NCBI GenBank assembly: GCA_020057295.1
Contig: JAGVGF010000003.1
Location: 128,001 to 192,000 of the forward strand
Direction of reading: 5' to 3'
DNA: 64,000 nt
DNA from: an archaeon
GTDB taxonomy: Archaea > Nanobdellota > Nanobdellia > Woesearchaeales > UBA9642
Shown: positions 47,147 through 57,140 of the stretch, piece after piece
Layout of the letters: every line of letters starts with the position of its first letter
How positions within the stretch are numbered: the first letter of the stretch is position 1
Notes under the pieces: generated by a model
The model's input: only the letters and a program-made list of their open reading frames with translations
Database searches by the model: none
Told to the model about the DNA's origin: nothing
Translations under genes and position numbers: made by a program

Positions 47147-47698
47147 CTAAGAATTTACTTTAATGTTTAATGCAGTCGTATTAGCTCTTTTTAATTTTTC
47201 GAATTCTGCTTTTAACTCTTCCCATTGAGTTCCTATACTCATTTTATTATATCTAGATAGGATTGGATGCATCATTCCAGGAATATTCCTGTTGCTTGCT
47301 ATGTATTGCCAATAGTCATATAATTGTTCTAACTCTTCTAACAATTCATTATTATCATCAACAACATTTTTGAAAGTGATATTTTGATTCGTAATTTTAG
47401 ACATTTTATCTATAATATTATCTCTATCTGTTTTTATTTTTTCCATGCTTTTTGTCAATGTATCTCTCATAATCGTCGCAATTTGCATCAAAACTACAGG
47501 TCTTTCAATAAGCATCTTAGGAGTTTCATTATGATGTTGATTAAAAAACAATCCCAAGCCAGAATCGAAGTTATCTCTAACCTTTTGTATGTCTTGATTT
47601 TGATTAACAACTGCTACCTTAAATTGTTCAATTCCAGCTTTCTCGTTCACCCAAGAATTCTCTCCAGCCTTAGCGCGTGCAATGTTTGGTGTTACCAT
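47147..47698 (-). CDS. Hypothetical helical protein
   Basis: 183-aa ORF. No family recognised. Confidence 0.6.
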   Translation of the reverse strand: MVTPNIARAKAGENSWVNEKAGIEQFKVAVVNQNQDIQKVRDNFDSGLGLFFNQHHNETPKMLIERPVVLMQIATIMRDTLTKSMEKIKTDRDNIIDKMSKITNQNITFKNVVDDNNELLEELEQLYDYWQYIASNRNIPGMMHPILSRYNKMSIGTQWEELKAEFEKLKRANTTALNIKVNS

Positions 47699-47770
47699 AC
47701 ATATTCAATTAAGTCATGAATATTTAAATTTTGTCAAAAATTTTATAAACAATACAATTAATCCATACAT

Positions 47771-48658
47771 ATGGAGTTCAGACATTCTACAGGATTGTTT
47801 CAAGAAGGAAAGGCTGTAAAGTATTATGATGATGTAGAATCATTAAATGTATCTTTAGAACAATTCAATAATCCTTTACCAATATCGCGTTTAGCATTAA
47901 AAGAGTTACGTAAAGTAGAATATAAAGAAAAGATTATTCATGCAAACATGCTTCTTGTAAAGAAATTAATTGCTGATTCCGTAAATACTGATACACATAT
48001 TATCCAAGCTATCAATTCCATTGAAGAATTAGATAAAGTATGTAATACACTTGTTAAAAGAATCAGGGAATGGTATGGATATTATTATCCTGAATTAGAA
48101 CATCAAATCCAGGATAATGAGGCATTCATTAAATTACTATTAGAAAAGTCTAAAAACGAATTTATGGTTGAGTCGAATCAGCAAGTTTCTATGGGTCCAG
48201 ATTTAGATCCTAAAGATTTAGACACAATATTAACATTTGCAAGACAAGTTGATGATTTATATCTTCAAAGATCAAAATTAGTAACATATATTGATAATGT
48301 CATGATTAAATATTGTCCAAACATGTACTCATTAACAGGAGCAATTATAGGAGCAAAACTACTTGAGAGAGCAAGATCATTAAAACATTTAGCAATGCTA
48401 CCAAGTTCAACAGTACAATTACTCGGAGCAGAGAAAGCATTATTCAGACATTTACGTAATAAAAATATTAGGCCACCAAAACATGGTTTAATATTAAGTC
48501 ATCCATTAGTGATGGGTGCACGAAGAGATATGCGTGGAACAGCAGCAAGGCTATTTGCATCAAAAGTTAGTATTGCAGCAAAGATAGATTACTTCCACGG
48601 AGAATTCATAGGAGATAAATTACTCCAAGAACTAGAGAAAAAATTGAAAGGAAAATAA
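47771..48658 (+). CDS. nop5: C/D box RNP protein Nop5 (Nop56/58)
   Basis: REWYG.Y.PEL, PSSTVQLLGAEKALFRHL, PPKHG. Confidence 0.95.
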   Translation: MEFRHSTGLFQEGKAVKYYDDVESLNVSLEQFNNPLPISRLALKELRKVEYKEKIIHANMLLVKKLIADSVNTDTHIIQAINSIEELDKVCNTLVKRIREWYGYYYPELEHQIQDNEAFIKLLLEKSKNEFMVESNQQVSMGPDLDPKDLDTILTFARQVDDLYLQRSKLVTYIDNVMIKYCPNMYSLTGAIIGAKLLERARSLKHLAMLPSSTVQLLGAEKALFRHLRNKNIRPPKHGLILSHPLVMGARRDMRGTAARLFASKVSIAAKIDYFHGEFIGDKLLQELEKKLKGK

Positions 48659-48659
48659 A

Positions 48660-49361
48660 ATGCCAGAGATAAAACAGTTTAAACATTTCAAGGGAGTATA
48701 TTGTATTGGTAGTGGTAATCGAACTACTTTGCTCACTAAGAATCTTGTTCCTGGAAAAATTGTTTATGGAGAATCATTATTTTATGATAAGGATGCTGAA
48801 GGTAATAAAGTAGAATATCGTGAATGGGATCCTGAACGTTCAAAACTTGGCGCTGCTTTAATGCGTGAAGTTAGTCAGATTAGTATTAAAGAAAATGATT
48901 ATGTATTATATCTTGGGTGCTCTACTGGAACTACTGTTAGTCACGTTTCTGATATTGTTGGAAAGAATGGTTTAGTTTACGCACTTGATTTTGCACCAAG
49001 AGTGTTAAGAGATATGGTATTTGTTGCTGAAGATAGAACTAATATAGCACCAATAATGGCTGACGCAAATAAACCAGATACGTACGCGCATTTGATATCT
49101 GAAGTAGACACAGTATTTATGGATATTGCACAGAAGAATCAGGCTGAAATATTTATTAAAAATTGTCAATTATATCTTAAAGAAGGCGGATTTGGACTAC
49201 TTGCTGTAAAGGCAAGAAGTGTTGATGTAACAAGATATCCTAAGGATGTATTCAGACAAATACGTGCACTTTTAGAGAAAGAAATGACAATCACAGATTA
49301 CAGAGAATTAGATCCTTATGAGATGGATCATGCAATATTTGTTGTTAAGAAGAAAATATAA
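48660..49361 (+). CDS. flpA: Fibrillarin rRNA/tRNA 2'-O-methyltransferase
   Basis: YREWDPERSKL, VLYLG..GTTVSHVSD, DIAQ..Q. Confidence 0.96.
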   Translation: MPEIKQFKHFKGVYCIGSGNRTTLLTKNLVPGKIVYGESLFYDKDAEGNKVEYREWDPERSKLGAALMREVSQISIKENDYVLYLGCSTGTTVSHVSDIVGKNGLVYALDFAPRVLRDMVFVAEDRTNIAPIMADANKPDTYAHLISEVDTVFMDIAQKNQAEIFIKNCQLYLKEGGFGLLAVKARSVDVTRYPKDVFRQIRALLEKEMTITDYRELDPYEMDHAIFVVKKKI

Positions 49362-49411
49362 ATTACTAAAAGATTAATTCTTAAAATAATATAAAAATAA
49401 AAATATTTTAT

Positions 49412-50296
49412 TTAGTTTAATGATGGTCTGTAATTTATTCCCTTATTTAACAAGTCTAGTTGTTTAACAACTTCTATAGCATATTCTTTTGGAGCATTTT
49501 CTGCTAATTTCCATGGATGTGTTATTCCTGAAGAACTATTTATTCTTGCAAGACCGCCATTATATGTTCCGTTATGCAATGCATTTCTTATTCTCATTAA
49601 ATCTCCTTCTTGATCGCCTACGCCAGGAATTAATAATGGTATTCCGCAAAATGATCCATCATCTACAATTATTTCTAAATCTTTTGGGTGTGTTGCTCCA
49701 AATACCATTCCAACATTTGAGTGTGGTCTTGCCCAATCAAGAACTTTACTTGCAACAACACCATACAATTGTCTTCCTTGTGATGTTCCAAGTAGTTGAA
49801 AATCTTCAGATCCTTTGTTTGATGTTAATGTTAAAACATAAACTCCTTTTTCTGGAGATAAATCTGCAAATGGCATTACGGAATCAGTTCCCATATATCC
49901 ATGAACTGTTACTGCATCAACATTCCAATTAATTAATCCCGCTATTGCATAATTTTTTGATGATTTACCAATATCTCCTCGCTTAAAATCTAGTATTATA
50001 GGAACATTTGGAAGTTCTTTTCTAACCATTTGTATTCCGTGTGCGAGTGTTAATGATCCTTCAAAATTCCCTTCGTGAGGTTTGTCGTGAATTTCGTAAA
50101 ATCCGTGATTGAATTTAATCGCTCCTGGAAGAACTCCTTGATGATTCATTTTTGTAAATACTTTGTATAAGAATTCTAGTGATTTATCATTAAAACTTCC
50201 TTTTTCTGGTATTGCGCCATCTACTAGATCTAGTCCCATACATGCTATGCTTTCATTTTCTAATGCAGAACGTATTAATTTATCTTTGAAATCCAT
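49412..50296 (-). CDS. pyrF: Orotidine-5'-phosphate decarboxylase
   Basis: GLD, DFKRGDIGKS, TSN, GAT, LIPGVG.Q, NSS. Confidence 0.93.
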   Translation of the reverse strand: MDFKDKLIRSALENESIACMGLDLVDGAIPEKGSFNDKSLEFLYKVFTKMNHQGVLPGAIKFNHGFYEIHDKPHEGNFEGSLTLAHGIQMVRKELPNVPIILDFKRGDIGKSSKNYAIAGLINWNVDAVTVHGYMGTDSVMPFADLSPEKGVYVLTLTSNKGSEDFQLLGTSQGRQLYGVVASKVLDWARPHSNVGMVFGATHPKDLEIIVDDGSFCGIPLLIPGVGDQEGDLMRIRNALHNGTYNGGLARINSSSGITHPWKLAENAPKEYAIEVVKQLDLLNKGINYRPSLN

Positions 50297-50352
50297 TTTA
50301 TTTACCTCGTTATTTAGTCTGATAATTTATCTTTGTATAATTATTTTATAAA

Positions 50353-51075
50353 CTATTTTTTTACTTGAGGAAATCCGTGTTTTTCTCCCCAACCAAATGG
50401 ATCTTCACGCCATTCTTCTAACATTTTTAGTTGTTCAGAAGTTATCTTTTTGTCATCTAATGCAATTTGTAATAATCTATCATATGTCAATATAGGTATC
50501 AATTTGCATGGTTCTGTTAATTTATGCCCTTCTTTATTGTATGCTTCTGTTCCTGCAAACATTGCTTGTGCTTTTGGCAGACCATAACTGAATATTGAAA
50601 CGCAGAAATTTATCTTTCCATTAGCATCTCTTATTCCTTGAACGGCATTTACAGAACTTCCTCCTGTAGACACAAGATCTTCTATTAGAATTACTGTTCT
50701 TCCTTCCAAATCTTTATCTTCTGATAAACCTTCTATTCTATTTTTTAAACCATGATCTTTAGGTTTTTCTCTAATATAAATAAATGGAGAATTTTTAAGG
50801 TTTGCAAGTGTTGTAGCTGGAGAAATTCCTGCAGTACTTGTTCCTGCTATGACTGTTCCGTCATTATAATCTGTTTGTGTTAATGCATTGTTTAATGCAT
50901 GTGCAACCATTAATCTGTCTTGTGGTTCAAATAATAGCAATCTATTATCGTTATATATTGGCATAAAAAATCCTGATGCCCATTGAAATGGTTTTTCGGG
51001 TCTTAATATTATTCCGCCTATTTGTAAAGATCTTCTAGCTATTCTCTCACTAAATCCGTTATATTCAATTGCCAT
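50353..51075 (-). CDS. pyrE: Orotate phosphoribosyltransferase
   Basis: PFQWASG..PIYNDNR, R...KDHG, IEDLVSTGGS. Confidence 0.95.
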   Translation of the reverse strand: MAIEYNGFSERIARRSLQIGGIILRPEKPFQWASGFFMPIYNDNRLLLFEPQDRLMVAHALNNALTQTDYNDGTVIAGTSTAGISPATTLANLKNSPFIYIREKPKDHGLKNRIEGLSEDKDLEGRTVILIEDLVSTGGSSVNAVQGIRDANGKINFCVSIFSYGLPKAQAMFAGTEAYNKEGHKLTEPCKLIPILTYDRLLQIALDDKKITSEQLKMLEEWREDPFGWGEKHGFPQVKK

Positions 51076-51185
51076 GACAATCCCCCCATAAAATATGAAT
51101 AAGATTCCTTATAGTATAAGCTTTATATATTTTACTATTCTGAAGTGTATACACTATCTTTGTTTTTTAATTTTTTTTATGAGAA

Positions 51186-51764
51186 TTAATGTAATAGTAA
51201 TACTCTCTTTTTTTCAAATTCTACTTCTTTAGGTTTATATGGTATAGAACTGACCCACACAATGTTTGCATGAACATTTTCTAAAGATCTAACTAATTCA
51301 GGCATGTAACTTCCATTAAGGTGAGGATCTATTATTACTACTCTCTTGTCTTTAAACTCTTGATAAGAAGTTTCTACCCTCATAGGATTTGGGATGTATG
51401 TAAAAGTTCTTTGATGAATATTGGCCACATGTGTTCCTCTTACAAGACCGTAGGGTACAGTGCCTATAACTATATCGAGTTCCTTATCAATACCGTCTTG
51501 TAATAAATCTGTTAAATCTTCGTTATGTTTGTCTTTGACTAACACCAAAGATTTATTTGTTGTCAATGCTAATGTTGTTCCTGCGATTAATGCAGTATAA
51601 TTTGCAACGACTATAATATCAAAGTTAGGAGGTATTTGAGAAAACAACATCTGATCTAATTTTCTACGATCATGATACTCATTTATTTTTGGAAGCGTGT
51701 ATGTCTCAGGCACTCTCAACGAGACTGCATCATCAGGTAACATTACTCCAGCGATAATTTTCAT
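51186..51764 (-). CDS. Degenerate PRTase-fold protein
   Basis: Two copies of a DI[IV]...G..[LV]A.....[LY][VI] segment; KDKRVVIIDP in place of the PRPP motif. Confidence 0.55.
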   Translation of the reverse strand: MKIIAGVMLPDDAVSLRVPETYTLPKINEYHDRRKLDQMLFSQIPPNFDIIVVANYTALIAGTTLALTTNKSLVLVKDKHNEDLTDLLQDGIDKELDIVIGTVPYGLVRGTHVANIHQRTFTYIPNPMRVETSYQEFKDKRVVIIDPHLNGSYMPELVRSLENVHANIVWVSSIPYKPKEVEFEKKRVLLLH

Positions 51765-51867
51765 ACATGTGGGAATTCAAAATCTTTTATAAGATTTACT
51801 ATTTTTTTGAGTGACATCTAAACCTTTTTTCCTTAAACTTTATAAAACATTATCTATTATTTTAATT

Positions 51868-53274
51868 ATGGTTCCTATTAGACTACATAATACTTTGACA
51901 AGAAAGAAAGAAGATTTTATTCCCATTAAGGAAGGTCACGTAGGGCTATATACTTGTGGACCGACAGTTTACTGGTTTGCGCATATTGGAAATTTACGAA
52001 CATACATATTTGAAGATTTACTCAAGAGAATGTTCTTATACAATAATTATCAAGTTAAACATGTAATGAATATTACAGATGTCGGTCACTTAACATCAGA
52101 TGCTGATGAAGGCGAAGACAAAATGTTGCTTGGTGCAAAGCGTGAAGGTAAAACTGTATGGGATATTGCAAAATTCTATGAACAAGCATTCTTTAATGAT
52201 ACTAAAAAATTAAATATTCTAGATCCAGATATCACATGTAGAGCTACAGAACATATTAAAGAAATGGTTCATTTAATTGAAAAACTTGAAAAAAATAAAA
52301 TAACTTACTCAGTTGATGGTAATATATATTATGATATAAGTAAGTTCAAAGCATATGGAAAATTAGCAAATATCAACCTTGAAGATTTAAAAGCTGGTGC
52401 AAGAATAGAAGTTGATAAGAATAAACATAATCCTCATGATTTTGTATTATGGTTTACTAAAAGTAAATTTCAAGATCAAGAAATGAAGTGGCCTAGTCCT
52501 TGGGGTGTAGGTTATCCTGGATGGCATATTGAATGTTCAGCAATGAGTATGAAATATCTTGGAGAAAATTTTGATATACATTGTGGAGGAATAGATCATA
52601 TAAGTGTACATCATACTAATGAAATTGCACAATCAGAAGGTGCTACTGGACATAAATGGGTTAATTATTGGTTGCACGGAGAATTCTTAGTAATGGACAA
52701 AGGTAAAATGTCTAAATCTAGTGGAGAGATATTAACTGTTGAAACATTAGAAAAACATGGCTACAATGCAATGGATTATAGATATTTATGTTTAAACACA
52801 CATTATAAAACTCCGTTAACATTCAGTTATGATTCTCTTGACGCGGCAAAAACTGCGTTTCAAAGTCTTAAGAGTAAAGTCTTAGAATTAAAAAATAGTT
52901 CTGGACATTTAAAAATCGAACATAAAATAGATATGGATAAATATCGGCGTGAATTTTTAGAGGCTATTAATGATGATTTAAATATTCCAAAAGCTTTAGG
53001 GTTATTGTGGACTCTGCCTAAGGATAAAGAGTTGAATAATAAAGAAAAGTACGATTTAATTCTAGAATTTGATAAAGTCTTCGGATTAGAATTAACACAT
53101 GTTAAAGAGGAAAAAATCGAAGTTCCTTATGAAATTTTAGAATTAGTTAAAGAACGTGAACATGCACGTAAAACTAAAGATTGGAAGAAATCCGACGAAT
53201 TAAGAGATTTAATAGCTGGTAAAGGCTATGCTGTTGACGATGCTGCTCAAGGTTCTAAAGTTAGAAAATTATAG
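51868..53274 (+). CDS. cysS: Cysteine--tRNA ligase
   Basis: CGPTVY..AHIGN, PGWHIECSAM, HHTNE, KMSKS; ATG at 51868. Confidence 0.97.
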   Translation: MVPIRLHNTLTRKKEDFIPIKEGHVGLYTCGPTVYWFAHIGNLRTYIFEDLLKRMFLYNNYQVKHVMNITDVGHLTSDADEGEDKMLLGAKREGKTVWDIAKFYEQAFFNDTKKLNILDPDITCRATEHIKEMVHLIEKLEKNKITYSVDGNIYYDISKFKAYGKLANINLEDLKAGARIEVDKNKHNPHDFVLWFTKSKFQDQEMKWPSPWGVGYPGWHIECSAMSMKYLGENFDIHCGGIDHISVHHTNEIAQSEGATGHKWVNYWLHGEFLVMDKGKMSKSSGEILTVETLEKHGYNAMDYRYLCLNTHYKTPLTFSYDSLDAAKTAFQSLKSKVLELKNSSGHLKIEHKIDMDKYRREFLEAINDDLNIPKALGLLWTLPKDKELNNKEKYDLILEFDKVFGLELTHVKEEKIEVPYEILELVKEREHARKTKDWKKSDELRDLIAGKGYAVDDAAQGSKVRKL

Positions 53275-53359
53275 GATAAAATAGAATTTCTAAGATAATC
53301 CTAGAATAAAATGAAGCAATTATCGTCAATTTTATAAACAATATTCTATTATATAGATT

Positions 53360-54046
53360 ATGAGTATTTCGCCTAAACTAAAGACTGCTGTACTATTTTC
53401 TGGAGGGAAAGATTCAGGCCTCGCTCTCTCATATGCATTGGAACATACTGATGTTAAATGTTTGATAATTATGGTTTCTCAAAATCTTGAAAGTTACATG
53501 TTTCACACTCCAAATATTAAATGGGCACAAGTTCAAGCTAAAGCTATAGGAATTCCGTTTATTATTCAAGAAACTAAAGGTGTTAAAGAAAAAGAATTAA
53601 AAGATTTAGAAAAAGCCATAAAGTTAGCAAAAACAAAATATAAGATTCAAGGAATAGTTACTGGAGCAATAGAATCTGTATATCAAGCATCACGTGTTCA
53701 AACAATAACTAATGATTTAGATCTTGAATGTTTCAATCCGTTATGGCAATGTGATCAGATAGAATTATTAAAAGAGTTATTAGATAAAAAATTTGAGATA
53801 ATAATTATAGGAGTTTTTGGTTATGGTCTTGAGAAGTTGATTGGTAAAACAATTGATAGGGTATTCATTGAAGAAGTGAAATTTTTGAAGGATAGATTAA
53901 AGATTAATCCTGCAGGGGAAGGCGGAGAATTTGAAAGTTTCATGCTAAATGCTCCCTATTATACAAAGCGTTTAGAAATAATTAAAAGCACAATGACTGT
54001 CGATAAAGAAGGCGGAAAAATAATGATTATTGAAGAGTTAAAATGA
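53360..54046 (+). CDS. Diphthine--ammonia ligase family PP-loop ATPase (Dph6/DUF71)
   Basis: FSGGKDS, SYMFH, GAI.S.YQ..R, PLW, GEGGEFES. Confidence 0.9.
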   Translation: MSISPKLKTAVLFSGGKDSGLALSYALEHTDVKCLIIMVSQNLESYMFHTPNIKWAQVQAKAIGIPFIIQETKGVKEKELKDLEKAIKLAKTKYKIQGIVTGAIESVYQASRVQTITNDLDLECFNPLWQCDQIELLKELLDKKFEIIIIGVFGYGLEKLIGKTIDRVFIEEVKFLKDRLKINPAGEGGEFESFMLNAPYYTKRLEIIKSTMTVDKEGGKIMIIEELK

Positions 54047-56520
54047 AAATTATAGATTTTATTCAACCTCATAAAACTAAATTAGTTAAGACAGCAATAG
54101 CTATAACTATACTTGTTATTTTATTAATTATAGGATTATTATTACTACAAATAAATTTTCTAATTGGTGAGGAAATACGTGTGAGTGTAAATCCCGAGTA
54201 TTCTACTATTCAAACTACCAGTCCTTCTCTTTTAGAATTTTCCACATCTGTAACTATATATAACAAATTCGTATGCAGTGCCGAGTGTTCATATACTTTA
54301 GCAGATCTATCTCATGATACTATTTTAGATAATGGAACTTTTAATTCTAAAGCATATAATAATAAACGTTATACAAAAAATATTCAATTAGCGGATTATG
54401 GTTATGGTAGAAATCTATATAGTTATACTATTAAGTGTGGTAATATTCCCACAACTTTGTGCCCATCATCTAATATTACTGTCGTACGAGAATCTCTTAT
54501 GATTGTAGAATATAGTCCTTCTAAGGAACAGATTTCGGCACTAACAGAATTGAGAAAATCTTATGATAATATTAGCATCGCATTATCTTCTTCATGGAAA
54601 AATATTGATTACGCAATTAATGTGACTAAAGAATTTAATGATATAAAGTTTGACACTAATAAATTATATTCCCTAAAGTCAACACTTGATTACGTGAAAA
54701 CCGATTTTAACGATGTACTAAATGTCTGGCGTAGCGATAATTACATTTTGGCTAAAGATTCTTTATCTACAAAGATATTAGTTGCAAGATCTAATATGTT
54801 ATTTGATGATTCAAAAAAACAGATTTCAGAAATAATTAGTATTATTAATAAATATAATTTTGTGATTACTCAATTATCCTATGTCAATAATGATATAGTT
54901 TTATATCCTTCATTATATTCGAAAAGTTATTTACTTAACGATTCTGTTGTTGAAAATCAAATGTTTAATACTGTAAAAGATGTTAATATCTTAATCACGG
55001 GATTCAATAGTAATGGTTACGATAATTATGATGTTGTTCTGAGTCAAATATCAGACATAAACAAAGAAGTTATATCTACAAACAACAAGATAGTTAGCGA
55101 TTACCCTCTTCTAAAAAAATATTATCCATCATTATATGTTTATTCTGGAATAACTTGTATGCTTAATAACACTAATTGTGATAGAAAATATACTTCTGTG
55201 CCATTAAATATTACTGACATGAACTTAATTCTAGATACTCTCTGTTCTGATAGTAAATCAATATTAAACACTCCACCTATAAATAGTAATACTACTGGCT
55301 TAGACTCGGAAGAATCATTATTATTTGAATATTATTTGTTGAATGATTATAAATCAAAATATGCAGATAATGATAATATTAATTTAGTTACAGCATATCA
55401 AGAAAATATAAGTAATACTTTGTTCTTAGCATATAATATTACTATAAATCAGAAATCACTTAATAACTACAAATTTAATAAAGCACAATTCTCGTTTTAT
55501 AATAATGATGTAGTTCTTCGTGACGTGGTTAAATTATATAATTTGTGCAATGCTGATGTTTCTAGAAATAATTTTGTTAGTGTTGTAAAATTATCTAAAT
55601 CTTATAAGTACATGCCTAATATTTCTACCACGGAATTTAATGTTGTTATTCCTGAACAGCCTATAAGTGCGGAGAAATGTTGTATATATGGTGAATGCTT
55701 GTCCTGTAAGAATAATAATAACAATTCTAAGAATCCTTTAATATTATTGCATGGACATTCTTTTAATAAAGATGATACAGCATATCAATCTATAGAAATA
55801 TTTAATTTCTATGCTCATAATTTCTCTTCTAGTAAGGAATATTATTTTGGTGGAACTCTTGTACGAAACACTAATAGCACTTTAGGTCCTGAAATTTTAG
55901 GAGGATATAATGTTCCAGTACTAGTGAAACCGACTTATTATATTGATACATACAGCGATATTTTAGGATTAAAATCTAGTGAGTCAAAAAATGGTAATAT
56001 TGACACGTATGCATTAAGACTTAAAGATATTATAGATTATACATTATATACTACGGGTGCTAGCAAGGTTGACATTGTTGCGCATTCAATGGGCGGAATA
56101 GTTGTAAGAAGATATGTTCATATATTTGGTAATCAGCATATAGGCAAGGTTATACTAATAGCTACTCCTAATAGCGGTATTGATGATCATTCATATATTA
56201 TATGTAAAATTTTTGGCGCAATAAACGAATGCGATGACATGAAATCAGATAGTTTATTCTTAAAAAAACTTAACGATCCAATAAATCAACAAAAAATTCA
56301 AGAATTATACTTGGTTATTGGTAGAGGATGTGATACTAACGGGGTTGATGGTGATGGGGTTGTTACTGTGAATAGTTCTTTAATTAGTGGTGTATCTTCA
56401 AGTAACATTCTTTTTGTCAACGGTTCATGTACTACAACAACTCCTCTACATAATGCTTTATTAAATCCTGGATTGTATCCTGAAGCATTATCTTATGTGC
56501 GTGAGGTATTATCAAAATGA
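54043..56520 (+). CDS. Membrane-anchored protein with long stalk and C-terminal alpha/beta-hydrolase (lipase/PGAP1-like) domain
   Basis: N-terminal TM; ILLHG, AHSMGG nucleophile elbow, IATPN.G, DGVV, LH. Confidence 0.85.
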   Translation: MKIIDFIQPHKTKLVKTAIAITILVILLIIGLLLLQINFLIGEEIRVSVNPEYSTIQTTSPSLLEFSTSVTIYNKFVCSAECSYTLADLSHDTILDNGTFNSKAYNNKRYTKNIQLADYGYGRNLYSYTIKCGNIPTTLCPSSNITVVRESLMIVEYSPSKEQISALTELRKSYDNISIALSSSWKNIDYAINVTKEFNDIKFDTNKLYSLKSTLDYVKTDFNDVLNVWRSDNYILAKDSLSTKILVARSNMLFDDSKKQISEIISIINKYNFVITQLSYVNNDIVLYPSLYSKSYLLNDSVVENQMFNTVKDVNILITGFNSNGYDNYDVVLSQISDINKEVISTNNKIVSDYPLLKKYYPSLYVYSGITCMLNNTNCDRKYTSVPLNITDMNLILDTLCSDSKSILNTPPINSNTTGLDSEESLLFEYYLLNDYKSKYADNDNINLVTAYQENISNTLFLAYNITINQKSLNNYKFNKAQFSFYNNDVVLRDVVKLYNLCNADVSRNNFVSVVKLSKSYKYMPNISTTEFNVVIPEQPISAEKCCIYGECLSCKNNNNNSKNPLILLHGHSFNKDDTAYQSIEIFNFYAHNFSSSKEYYFGGTLVRNTNSTLGPEILGGYNVPVLVKPTYYIDTYSDILGLKSSESKNGNIDTYALRLKDIIDYTLYTTGASKVDIVAHSMGGIVVRRYVHIFGNQHIGKVILIATPNSGIDDHSYIICKIFGAINECDDMKSDSLFLKKLNDPINQQKIQELYLVIGRGCDTNGVDGDGVVTVNSSLISGVSSSNILFVNGSCTTTTPLHNALLNPGLYPEALSYVREVLSK

Positions 56521-57086
56521 TTTTAATTGTTAATATATGTAATAATTTATTGCATTATCAAGAATTTGTAAGACCTATAGAGGACATAATTCGAAATACA
56601 GAAGAGCCTTTCATAACTAGGCATTATACGGAATTAACCTCTAAGGATGTGTATGATTCTCATAGAATAATTATTACTGGAACATCGCTTCAAGATTTTG
56701 AATATTCTAAACATTTAGATAAATTCAAGTTTATATCTGATGAATTATTGAAAAACGATTCTTCAAAGAAACCAATACTCGGTATTTGTGGTGGGATGCA
56801 GATATTGTGTTTGATGCGTGGATGTAAGCTTGTTAAAGGTTTAGAAATTGGTTTAGTTAAAGCAAAATTTTCAGCTGAATTTCTTGGAATGAATGGCGAA
56901 AAGGACGTTTACTCATTGCATAATATGGTTGTTAAAAAGGATAATGCTTTAGAAAAACATTTCCATATCTATGCTTCAACAAAATATGTTCAAGCTGTTA
57001 AAGATAAACATTATAAAATTTATGGTGTATTATTTCATCCTGAGGTTCGCAACAAAGATATTATACGACGTTTTTTATGTGTATGA
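56517..57086 (+). CDS. Class I glutamine amidotransferase
   Basis: PILGICGGMQ and FHPE (Cys-His-Glu triad). Confidence 0.9.
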   Translation: MILIVNICNNLLHYQEFVRPIEDIIRNTEEPFITRHYTELTSKDVYDSHRIIITGTSLQDFEYSKHLDKFKFISDELLKNDSSKKPILGICGGMQILCLMRGCKLVKGLEIGLVKAKFSAEFLGMNGEKDVYSLHNMVVKKDNALEKHFHIYASTKYVQAVKDKHYKIYGVLFHPEVRNKDIIRRFLCV

Positions 57087-57140
57087 TAGTAAAATTTTTA
57101 AGTGTATAAGCAAGGTTTTCATTGAGGTTTTATTTATCTG

